Shown one piece after another: positions 38,707 through 50,590 of a DNA stretch of 64,000 nucleotides. The stretch covers positions 124,001-188,000 of the forward strand of contig JBEWZL010000266.1 of assembly GCA_045837725.1 (NCBI GenBank). Reading direction: 5' to 3'. The DNA comes from Vermamoeba vermiformis (taxonomy: Eukaryota). The notes beneath the pieces are model-generated. The model was not told the DNA's origin and did no database searches. It saw only the letters and a program-made list of their open reading frames with translations. Within the stretch, counting starts at the first letter, position 1, and each line of letters opens with the position of its first letter. A program made the translations under genes and the position numbers.

Positions 38707-41112
38707 TTAGAAAGTGACGGACCATGTCTTGAGGGCGCAATCTTGACCGACAGAGGCAATAGTGTTCTCGTCAGTCCAGAGGAGGTCCTTGACACCACCA
38801 GAGTGAGCACCCTTCAACAGGATGCGTGAACCAGTCTCAACGACGTTCCAAACAATGATGTTGGTGTCGAGACCAGCAGTAGCCAAGTGCACGCTGTCAG
38901 GGGACCAGGCCAAAGAGTTGACACGAGCAGTGTGGAACACCCAGCCAGAGACTTTAGGTTGACCGTTCTCGAAGACGAGGACTTCACGGTTAGCATCGCA
39001 AGAAGCCAAGAACTTGCCGTTGGGTGAGTATTGCAAGCGAGTGAGGGCACCACGGTGGTTCGAGTACTCAGTCTTGGCAGTCAACTTGTCACCAGCCAAC
39101 GAGTAGATGTGAATCTTGTTGTCAGCACCACCAACAGCGACTTCACTGTCATCGGCAGACAAAGCAACGCAAGTGGCTTGGTACTTGATGGCCTCCTTGC
39201 TAGCAATCTTGCCGTCACGAACGACAACGACGCTGTTGTTAGTGGCAACGACAGCCAAACCATTTGACTTCTTGCTGACAGCAACACCAGAAGGAGCACC
39301 GCCAACAGCGACAGAACCACCCCACTTCTTGTCATCCAAAGAAGTGATCTTGATAGAATCGTCCAAAGCAACTGTGACCAAACTGCGGCCTTGAACTTGC
39401 ATTTGCACGACAGAGTTGGTGTGCTTGGCGCCAGTGAAGCCCTTGGTCTCACCGTTGTTCACGTCCCACTCGACGACATTGCCTTCGTAGTCAGCAGTCA
39501 ACAATTTGTTTTGAGCAGCATCGAAAGTCAAAGCAGTAGTAACTTTGTTGTGACCCTAATCAGAGATGACGTTAATACTGAAATCGCGTAACACGAAAGA
39601 TAATAATATTATGTAATATTAGTGTCTCAGAACTTGTTGTGCATCTTTAGAATCAGGATTAGCATGGTAAGTAAATACCATCATGGACATTATAATTGTT
39701 AACTACGACAAGCACCAATACGTACCTTAACAACGCGCAAAGGCTTGGCGGGGTTGTTGACATCCAAGTAGTTGAGGTCACCAGAGAGCGACAAAGAGAC
39801 GAGAGTGTCACCTTGCCACAAGCAACCAACTTGTTGATCAAGAACGTCCTCACCAAAGGTGAAGGTACTGCAATGCAGTATAATTAGTTACGCCCTTGAA
39901 TTTATCAAGCAGTGACACTTACGTAACACAAGCATAAGAAGCAGCGTCCCAGATCTTGCACTTCTTGTCAGCAGAGGCAGTCAAGATCTTGGTAGAGTCG
40001 GGGCTCCAAGCAACAGAGAAGATGCTGCCGTCGTGGCCCTTCAATTCACCCTTCTTCTCACCAGTCTTGCCATCGTAGACAATGCCCAACTTGTCAGAAC
40101 CAACAGAGACCAACAATTCACCGTTGGGTGAGAAACGAACGCAGTTGACGAAACGAGTGTGGTCCTTCATGCTGGTAGTGTACTTGAAGGGAGGACCCTC
40201 GAAGAAGTTGACCTTGAAGTCTTCAGAACCAGTGGCAACACGGAAAGGACGAGTTTGTTTAATGTCGCAAGAGTTGATGGCCTTGCTGTGACCAGAGATT
40301 TCACCGACTGAGGCACCAGAGTCCCAGAAGAAAGCATTACCGAATCTGACAAATTAATCAAAATATTAGTTTGACTTCGCGAATACTGCCAGATTATGTT
40401 TAACAACTATAAATCAATAACTGCATTCCTGATATAATTGCAAAATTTTGCGGTTTTAGTATCAAAAAAGATACTCACTTTTCGCGACCTTCACCGACAA
40501 CAACAATACGTTGAGCATCTTGAGACCATTGGAGATCGAAAATAGGACCACCAAGAGATTGCAATTCAATTTTCAAAGGATGGTGAGCTTGAGTGGTATC
40601 CCAGACTCTGACCTTGCCGGATTGATCTACCATTTCCATTAATATTTTAAAACAGCCAGACATATATTATAAAAGTGAAGACATATTTTTTTTGCTCTAT
40701 GGTTGGACGTACCAGCAGAGGCAACATAGAAGCCAGTGGGGGCCAAGCGAGCGACGTTAACGGGATGGGCGTGCTCACTGTACAAGTCAGCCTTGATGGG
40801 TTCCTAATTAAGAAAAATTTAGCTTGGGCATTTTTTATAATTAGATTTTAATATTCTAATCTGTATATTTTGAAATTTAAAAACTAAAATTTACCTTCAA
40901 GTTGCGGATAACAACACCAGTACCGCAAGTGTAGAGGATATCTTGGCTCTTCTTAGGGTCGCCACCGAGGTGCACGGGCTTACCTCTGGCAGTAGCAGGA
41001 GCAGGGGCGTAAGTGTTTTCTATAGGAAAATAGGGTTAGTATTTCAACTTTCAACCGATCCTGTACAATTACAGTAGGAGTAAATCAAACACTTACTAAG
41101 CTTGTACGACAT
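38707..41112 (-). CDS. WDR1: Actin-interacting protein 1 (WD40 double propeller)
   Basis: Motifs [32 protein letters not shown]...[19 protein letters not shown] and WVFHTARV. Strongly biased, high-expression codon usage. Confidence 0.96.
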
Positions 41113-41521
41113 GACTTATTGTGGTTGAAGGAAAGCGAGATAAAAAAAAAAACGATTATTTGACCGAGATTTTTTGTGCAACCAATTTTATTAAGTTTAT
41201 AATTGCTTGTTAGAAATGCTGCGAATTAAAACGAACCCTCGCTGTATCTATCGTCGATATTCTCTTGTTCGATAGAAGTCGGGCGCCGTATTTCCAGTGC
41301 TCGAAAATCTCCACTGGAGTCGAGCTCTAAATATAGAACGGGACGATTGTGGAATCGAAGGCGCAAGTAATTAATCCAGATTTATGCTATAAATAATGTA
41401 AATAGCCACACGGGAGGTGTATCCGTGATGCGTCACGTGGTCACACCTAATTTCGCTTGTTTGCCCAAAAGGTAAGATTGTTGCTTTTATCTTGAACACA
41501 AACACAGCTACGTCTTCATCA

Positions 41522-43380
41522 ATGGAATCAAACTTTCAAACTACCTCCAACGGTGCCCCTGTTGGCGACAATCAAAACTCTATGACCGTTGGTCCTTTTG
41601 CTGGCCCTATTTTGTTGCAGGATTTCACCCTGATCGACAAACTCGCTCATTTCGACCGCGAGAGAATCCCCGAGCGTGTCGTCCATGCTAAGGGTTCTGG
41701 CGGTAAGGATTAAAAAGATTTCGGTTAGTTAAATGAAAACCCAAATCCTAATCCTTTTTTTTTTTAGCTCATGGTTACTTCGAAGTTACCCATTATATGT
41801 CCAAATTTTGCAAGGCCAAATTTTTGAACCAAGTTGGCAAGAGAACACCCGTCTTTGCTCGCTTTTCCACCGTCGCTGGTGAAAAGGGTTCCGCAGATAC
41901 TGAGCGTGATCCTCGTGGTTTTGCCGTCAAGTTCTACACCGAAGAAGGTAACTGGGATATGGTTGGTAACAACACTCCCATTTTCTTCATTCGTGATCCC
42001 TCCAAATTCCCTGACTTCATCCACTCACAAAAACGCAATCCTCGCACTAACATGCGCGAGGCTGATATGATCTGGTAAGTATTATCGTTAAGACCCTGGC
42101 AATGACACCCTAAGTCATGCCTTAGAATTGTGAACCTAATCTCAAAATGTGTTTTGTACTTGGGATCTGATCCTTTCCTGAACTATAGGGACTTTATGGG
42201 CTTGTCTCCCGAGACTACTCATATGTTCACTTGGTTGTTCGGTGATAGAGGTACCCCTGACGGTTATCGTCACATGAACGGTTACTCTAGTAAGTATATA
42301 ACTGTTGTTGTGTATTGTCCTCTTTCGTGAAATACGGATCTGCTACAGTAGTCAAAGTTGACTGATTTGTATGCAGCAATTTATTATTATTGTTGTATTT
42401 TTACTGTTTAGAAAGCGAAAATATTTTAATACGCCTGCACATCTGGTCACGCGACTCGTGTGTAACAACAGCTGACTAATTAACTATTGCTAGGCCACAC
42501 TTGGAAGTGGGTGAATGCTGAGGGCAAGCAATTCTGGGTCAAGTTCCACTTCAAGACTGAGTCAGGCATCAAGAACTTGACTTCCGAGGAAGCTGATCGT
42601 CTCAAGTCCGTTGATATGGACTACGCTCAACGTGATCTCTACAACCACATTGAGAACGGTGGTATTGCTGCTTGGAAGGTGCACGTGCAAATTATGCCCT
42701 TCGAGGACGCTTGGACTTACCGCTTCCACCCCTTCGACATCACCAAGGTCTGGTCGCACAAGGACTACCCCTTGATCCCCTTCGGTCGCATGGTCCTCAA
42801 CAAGAACCCCACCAACTACTTCGCTGAGGTTGAGCAATCTGCTTTCTCACCCTCGCACTTGGTTCCTGGCATTGAACCCTCACCCGACAAGATGTTGCAA
42901 GGACGTCTCTTCTCTTACCCTGACACTCACCGTCATCGTCTCGGTGTTAACTACCAACAAATCCCCATTAACTGCCCTTACCGCACCAAGGTCAACAACT
43001 ATCAACGCGATGGTTTTATGGCTGTTAATGACAACGGTGGTTCAGCCCCCAACTATGAGCCCAACAGCTTCAACGGTCCTCGTGCCAAGCCCGATGCCAA
43101 GGAAGCTCCCTTCGAGCTCCACGGTGTTGCCAATCGCTACGCCTACAACCACCCTAATGACGACTTTGTCCAAGCCGGCACTCTCTACCGCATTGTGTAC
43201 GATGAGGCCGAGCGTACTCGTCTCGTCAACAACATTGTTGGTGCCATGAAGGGTGTTACTCGCGAAGACATTAAGATTCGCGCTATTCGCAACTTCTATT
43301 TAGCAGATCCTGAATACGGCACTCGCATTGCTGTCGGCCTCGGTATTGACATCAACAAGGTCAAGAACGGCAAGTTCTAA
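41522..43380 (+). CDS. CAT: Monofunctional heme catalase
   Basis: Motifs [33 protein letters not shown] and [20 protein letters not shown] (heme Tyr). Introns at about 41703-41767, 42076-42189 and 42290-42493. Confidence 0.98.
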
Positions 43381-43569
43381 ATTGGAGACAGAATAATGGC
43401 TGTGTTTTAAGATCTTAATTGCATTGCTACAATAATAAAGCCTGTTTTTATTGCACAATGTCGTGCGAACAACGAGTGTCCAAAAAAAAAACGACAAGGC
43501 AAAAGATCAGTAAGCTATTTGCAACTTAAGTAAACACCACCAAGCGTGCTCGATGTTGAATATTTAATA

Positions 43570-45041
43570 ATGGATAAAGCAGCGAGCGCTTTACAAGACG
43601 GCGTCGGATTCGTAAAACAGGCTGTGGAACTTGACAAAAATAAGAAAGTTGAGGAAGCAGTTAAATATTATGATTTGGCCGTCTATTTTCTCAAAATAGC
43701 TTGCAATGGTGAGCAAACAATAATTTTTAATTTATTTTCAATTTCAAATTTTCGTTTTTCAAATTTAATAACCCTACACTTTATTACCGTAGAAAAAGAT
43801 CAATCAGATCCATCATTAGATGCATTGCGAAAGAAAATTATCGAATATAAAAATCGAAGCAAGGCACTCAAGCAACAAATCGCCCCAGTCGAAGTAAAAA
43901 TGGCTAAAGAAAAGGAAAAAGAAGTGGCTCAATTAACGTACGTATTCAGCCAAATAAATAATAATTTAACATGTCTCAGCATTGGTCAAGAGCTACAACG
44001 AGCCCTTGACTTGGCGGAGCGAGCAAAGCAACACGACAAAAACAAAGAATTTGCCCCAGCATTCGAGCTGTACAAAGAAGCACTTGAGTACTTCATGTCC
44101 GCTGCAAAGCGTATGTTCGATAGACCATTATTGGTGACATTTTCTTACATGACCGGCAGGCGAGGACTGCGAACAAGTGAAGATGATGCTGAACAAAAGC
44201 ATCAAGATGTACATTGAACACGCGGAGAAGATCAAAAAGTTCTTGGTCGCTATGAATCAATACACGCCTTATCAATCGCGCAAGACTGAAGCAGACATTC
44301 AGGCGTCATCACTGAGTGCTTCGCGCGTAGCTCTGAAAGAATTTGGTGCGAATGGTACGCAACCTTAATATACAAATGGTCTCAATCGAGTACTAATCGA
44401 CGCAGATATTGACATGCGTATTGGACCATTGAGGCGTGAACAATCAGCGACATTCTGGAACGATGCCTATGCACTGCAAGCAATCGGTACGTGAACATCA
44501 CCCACCAAGGAGAATTACTTACGATATTCAATACGCAGTGCAATTATCGCGCAATATCACACGGCCAGGTGAAAACTTGGTGATGAATATTACCATCAAC
44601 AATCCAGCCAGTGTCAAAGTGTCACGTGTTCTCATTCACTTGCAACAAAACGAGACCACCACATCGCTCGATTTGAAGGGACATCGGGTACGTAGAGCGC
44701 TGCATTAGTGATGTTAGTCAATAGTGACTCACCAGCCCCTTAGTTAAGCAAAACCAACACGACAATTCCTGCGCAGTGGATTTACATTGGTGTAAGTCGT
44801 GGCGTTAGTGTCTATTCGTGCTACTAATGTCATGTATGATGCACAGAACAAAAAAGGCGATTTCCCAGTGTGTCGTACCACGCACCAAGGTGTTATCACA
44901 ATCGATCTGCCCACGACTGTAGCGCTGACTGAGGTTGATCGCAGCACGTGCTTCGCGCGCGAGTACTTTGTGGTGCTTATTTGCGAGATTCCTTATCACA
45001 ACCCACTGCGGCTGAGTTTACCGATCCACATCAGAAGCTAA
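43570..45041 (+). CDS. Tandem MIT-domain protein with C-terminal arrestin-C-like domain
   Basis: Two MIT-like units (KQAVELDK..EEAVKYY..AV; RALDLAERAKQHD...AFELYKEALEYF). These are followed by PGENLVMNITINN.ASVKVSRV.I.L.Q and REYFVVL.CEIP...LRLSLPIHI, typical of the arrestin C-domain. Confidence 0.7.
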
Positions 45042-45166
45042 AATTGTCCAGGATCATAAATTGTAAATAAATCATGATTTAAATTAATTGTCCTATACAG
45101 TTATATTTACAAACCAATGAATACATTAGATCGACGAATTTGGAGGGTGGATCCTGTCACGTCAAG

Positions 45167-45603
45167 TTATTTCTGCTCATTTGCTGCGCGAAGTTCTTGC
45201 TCTAATTGTGCACGTCGTTGTTCGCGTCTCTTTTGTTTTTCAGCTGACTCTACTTCGGATTTGCTGGTCTCTTCATACACGTTCTTGCCCTCTTTTGCCA
45301 TTTTTAAATATTCTTTGGGTAATTGATGACCCTCGGGTGGTGTCTTTAATACTGAATACTACAGAAATAATAAGTAATTTTATTTTAAAATAATGAAATG
45401 AAAAAAACTCCGAAAGCTTTTTTATTACTGAATGTAATTGAAATAATATGAATAATAACAACTATTGTTGCAAAAAATTGACAGTCAATTACCTGTTTGG
45501 CCCAAGCAACACGATCTGGATCGGAAAAGAAGACGAAAGCGCCGACAGGAACTGCAACATAAACAGAAAACTTGAACAATTCGTTCCACATGCGTTGCGT
45601 CAT
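45167..45603 (-). CDS. PET100: Pet100-like cytochrome c oxidase assembly factor
   Basis: Small two-exon protein with ELFKFSVYVAVPVGAFVFF (the Pet100 TM motif) and a charged coiled-coil tail. Confidence 0.65.
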
Positions 45604-46081
45604 TTTGAACGGTGAGGATCTGCTTGAGTGCTCAGTTGGAATGGAATGTCAAACTGAAAAACCGGTCACTGATTTCACTGTTGTTTCATTTTTTGAGCAG
45701 TATTCCATCGCTGTCCTGATACCGCAAACTGGCACGATTGACTGCAAATCGTTAATTACAGAAATTTTGTACTTGCCTACACTTGGATTTGCTTAGTACA
45801 GAAAGTTCACAAACTAAGAACTTGCATCATTGCATTATTCTGCAGACCTATGCTAGCATGCATCTATCGATTCACTCATATTGGGAAGCGCTAAATATGT
45901 AGTTCTAAATATAGCGCACCTTGATTCTCACGACAGGTTTGCAAGAATCTTCCTGTTTTCTTCGCTTGTAGCAATAAAGGCGACACAAAAGCCATTCAAT
46001 CCTATTAGACGATTATAGACGTACCAATAGGCCCTTATAGCAGGCTTCTTAATCGTTCTGTATTGGAAGATTTTGCATTGA

Positions 46082-47520
46082 ATGGATTATGTAAATATGG
46101 AGCCGCAAGCAGCCTTCAATGGCCAAGATAAAGAACATGAAAACGAAAAGTAAGTTGCTAAATATGATTGATACGATATATATTCGAATCATACTCGGCA
46201 GTTCAAATTCTATCAATTAATTTCAATTTCGCTGTATTGAGTTTTGATTTCAAAACCGCAATTATCTGACTTGCTTTTAGAAAAATATTCGTTGGAGGAC
46301 TATCGTGGACAACTACGGAAGGTAATATTGCAATTATTTGCTTGCTAGCCCGATACTTTCAATTGATTTTGTTTTCACGTCCTGTTTATTCAAATCATTG
46401 AGGCTAATAATGTGCCTTTAGACAGTCTCAGAGCATACTTTGAACAGTTTGGCGATATAAGAGAGGTGGTTATAATGCGCGACAAGTTGAGCGGTCGATC
46501 ACGAGGATTTGGTTTTGTTTCTTTCATGACCAAAGACGCTGTTGACAGAGCGACACAACAAGATCATGTGTTGGATGGTCGCAATGTATGTTACACACAG
46601 ATTAGGCTTTATTTAGCAATGCAAATAGCAAGATTTCGCGGGAGATCGAAGTGACTTAAATCCATTTAGTTCGACCTTTCGCTGATCGCTTTAATTGATC
46701 GGCTATTATTTAAGTAAGTTTCTTATTACGCAACTTATTGATTGGATTGCCCTTAGATCGAAGCGAAAAGAGCCATTCCAAAAGGAGAAATTACAGTTAA
46801 AACAAAGAAAATATTTGTGGGTGGTGTGCCTTCGAGTATTAGTGATGGTATGTCATATTAATATATTAACTTTGTGTCCTGCGATGCACATTGAAGTGTC
46901 CGTTAACTCGTTAATCAAATTATTGTAATTTTAACGAGAATTCTCGCTTTTTTAGACTGAGAATGTGCACAAATACCTCTATTAACAATGCATACGATGT
47001 AGATGAATTCAGAGACTACTTTGCTCAGTACGGCACTGTCACCGACGCACAGATAATGAAAGACCGCGCTACGAACAGATCGCGTGGCTTTGGTTTTGTG
47101 ACGTTTGATCACGAGTCAGCAGTCGAGAAGTGTCTCGAGACTAGTCACAAGTTGAATAACAAGCTCGTTGAAGTCAAGAAAGCTGAACCCAAACGCACCA
47201 TGAACACATCTGCGCCGTACAGTCCAGTCTACAGTCCGGCTTATAGCCCTGCTCTGCCTGCGCTCAACGGCTACAATTATTCAGCAGGTGCCCCGAACAG
47301 TCCGCATGCATCATATGTGCAGATAAATAGTCCAGGCTATCCCTACATTCTCGCTAACTTCAATGGCGATCTGCTCTACTACGCAGATGTGTCGCAGCTC
47401 GAGCTGGGCAATCAAACTCCGAATGCTAACTCTCCCATCCTCGCTGCGATTCACGTTGGCAATATTCCTGCATATAATTTAAACGCAGGTGTGTCAGAAG
47501 TCAAAACGGATCACTACTAG
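46082..47520 (+). CDS. Two-RRM RNA-binding protein (hnRNP A1/Musashi/DAZAP1-like)
   Basis: RNP2 motifs KIFVGGL and KIFVGGV, and RNP1 motifs RSRGFGFVSF and RSRGFGFVTF. Y/S/P-rich tail. Several introns. Confidence 0.92.
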
Positions 47521-47668
47521 CGGAGCTGTCTTGCTGGTCCTTTGTTTTTTGTATTATAACGCAACCTAAGTGCACTCTCGTAACCCTTCCTGTATTATAC
47601 TCAATAAATCGTTTTCGAGAGACAACTTTCTTAATTTACAATTGCTGACATCACACATCCACAACACA

Positions 47669-48941
47669 ATGTTAGCGCGGTTAAAACAACTAATATTTGT
47701 TATAATATTATGCTTGCGACGTACTTCTGAAGTATTCTTTCGCTTGATAGGCCCTGTACTGTCCGTTGGGGCTTTGACGTTGATTACAGGCAAGTCGTGC
47801 AGTAACTACGACTCATAATTAGTATTTTTATTTCGTACAATATTGCGTATAATTAATTATCTTTCTAAGAACGGTAACTCTTGTTGTTGTTGGATCTGGA
47901 AATTACAAAAATAAGTTAATAATTCAAATTAAATTCAGGCTTAATAAGCGATCACTTCTTGGTCGTCATTCCATACTACGCACCATACTTATCATTGACT
48001 GGCCTGCTGCACATTGTCATCACATCATTCGTAGCAGTGAACATCTACTATTTTTATCTCAAGGCGATGATGACACCGCCAGGTCAGCCACCACAACAAC
48101 ATCTGGACCCTGATGAACTCGAGCGCATTCGCAACGAACCTCAACCCAGCAAAGGACACGGATTTGCTCGCTACTGCAAAGTGTGTAAGTACTTGATGCA
48201 GTGACTCTGAGCTCGTAGATAATCAATTGTGCGACAGGCAAAGTGGTGAAGAGTGAGCGCTCGCATCACTGTCATGTTTGCAGACGGTAAGTGACAGCTG
48301 CAAGTGACATTATTTAACTCAGTCCTTCACAGGTGCGTGTTGAAGATGGATCATCACTGTCGTAAGTACTCAACATTGCACTGCAGTATAGTGCCTTTAC
48401 TCACCGAGTAACAGCGTGGATCAACAACTGCGTGGGACACAACAATCACCACTACTTCGTGCTGTTCCTCGCGCACACCACATTCGGCGTGTTTTACGGT
48501 GCAGTCATGGCCTTTGCGCCCTTTCAACAGGCCCTGGACTTCAAGCAGGTCTGGTCTGCTGCCTTGCCGCGCAGTGCGGTCATTCTCTCATTCATTCTCG
48601 AGATTGCTCTCGTCGCTGCACTTGGCGCACTGTTAGGCTGGCAAATCTTCTTGCTACTGACTGGCCAAACTACGATTGAGTTCTATTTCAACAAAGCCAT
48701 GCAACGAGACTACGACGTAAGTTGAAAGCACGTTTAAACACTCTTGCCAATGTGCATTCATTCACCACAGAACTATCGCAATCCGTATGATTTGGGCTCC
48801 AAACTCAACTTCCGACACTTCTTCCACACGGACTCAGGCACGCATTGGTTCAGTTGGTTCATGCCTGGTGGTACTACCGTGCTCGGTGATGGACAGCACT
48901 GGAAGACATATCGGGACATCAAGCCCGAGCACACGGTCTAA
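47669..48941 (+). CDS. DHHC palmitoyltransferase (ZDHHC16-like)
   Basis: RYCKVC|KVVKSERSHHCHVCR|RCVLKMDHHC|PWINNCVGHNNHHYFVLF, plus GQTTIE and NPYDLG motifs. Confidence 0.95.
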
Positions 48942-48997
48942 ACGCCGTACTTGTACATAATTGTAATTAACCGACGTATTTATTTACATTGTGACGC

Positions 48998-50471
48998 TCA
49001 TCGAGTTTTCCTCCGTTGTTTTGGTCGTGTAGAATCACTTCCTGTTGATTTGCGCTTGCGAGGAGTATTTCTTGCACGGTAAAGAGGAGTATTCATGTTG
49101 TTGCTGTTATTCGTAGTGTTCTTACTCGAGCTTTGACTCGTCTCTGCAACAACCTTCTCCTCCACTCGTCTCTCTTGCACAACACCACATTCCACGAGCT
49201 TGCCTCTGACACCTGTCAATCGTTGCTGTAATGCGATTGATCGGGTCACAGAACGGGATTTGAAATTCCCTTCAGGCAGATCCTTCAATGTGTTCAACAG
49301 ACGCGCGAGTGCCGATTGAGCCTCTTTCAACAGCGGCAGCACAGTGGAAGAGAGCAGTTCTGTCAATGGTTCGACTGCTGCGTCATTGGTCTCATTGTCC
49401 TTCTTCTCGGACTGGTTCAGGGGCACTGGCACCGTCAGTTCCAGTTCGTAAGTGTCGCTGCCCAGCCCGTGCGTGCGAATCACCTGTCAAACAGTTAATA
49501 ACACATTCTTTCGACAGTGCCGTGACGCACCTCGTCGAGTGTCAGATCGCTGACAGGACCGCACTCGACCTCTTCAAATTCAACGTCTGCAAACTCGTCT
49601 TGCTGGACGTCTGTCACGTGCTCGGTGCTCGCTCGCTGCAGCTCAGTGAGGAATTGCTCGAGTTGATCGGGTGTGTCGCGCAAAACTTGCACTGCATTCT
49701 CAATCTGCTGCAGCTGTTGTTCAATCTCGCGCATGTCATCTTCGAGTGCGTGTTGTAGCACTGGATTGATCACTTGTGTGGCAACACTCGCTTGATTCCC
49801 GCGCAGCTGTGGTGTCTTGGCCTGACACAAATTAATCACCTGTCACTGCAATGACACGTGTCAAACACCGTACTTTGAGCGTGTCCAAGTAACTGCGCGC
49901 GCGCTTGAATGCGTTGATTGCTGCGTACTTGTCAGTCCAGTCTTGCAGCAGTGTCGTGCCCAGTGCAGACAGTTTGGTCGCGTATCTGTGCTCGTGTTAG
50001 TGCACATACAAGGGCAGCAAGGTACACGCACTCAACTGGCTCAGGCAGTTGCGTCACCAACTTGTTGCTAGTGTTAGCTATGTTCCTGGCAATGAACAGC
50101 GGGATCAAGCTTGGTAATTGTTCCGCGAAGGACACTCGCGCTATAGGAGATCTCTCAATGAGCCAATTTATTAGCCCTAGTGCGAGAAACCTCACCTTTG
50201 AGCAGTGTTATAAATTGTAATTGAATAATTAATTGGCTTGCCTGAGAATTTTTTTCTTTTAATTGTGTCAGCATCAGGTCAAGTGCTAATGCTACATTAT
50301 CTCGAGACCTCTTGAGAAGTTTTTTAATTTCCTACAAAGGTATTATTAAGATGGTGTTAGCAGTCAAACTATTGATTGTACCTGGATGTGTTCTTGGTTC
50401 AAATGCGCTGAATTGGCCCGTGTGGCTGTTCCAATGAGTTCATTCAACTTTTTACGATCATCGAGTTCCAT
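48998..50471 (-). CDS. UVSSA: UVSSA-like protein (VHS-like N-terminus), apparently C-terminally short
   Basis: Spliced N-terminus LNELIGTAT...EIKKLLKRS...LMLTQLKEKNSQ|VRFLALGLINWLIERS..R resembles the UVSSA VHS domain. A mid-region IRTHGLGSDTYEL motif is also present. Confidence 0.6.
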
Positions 50472-50590
50472 ATTTCATTATGAGTTGTGTTTTTGTTGCT
50501 CGCTTCTTATTCACAAACTGAGGAGGGAAAAATTGCAACTTTTTCAGTCTGTGTAATTTCAAAGCTATATACATTGTTTTATTATTGTAT

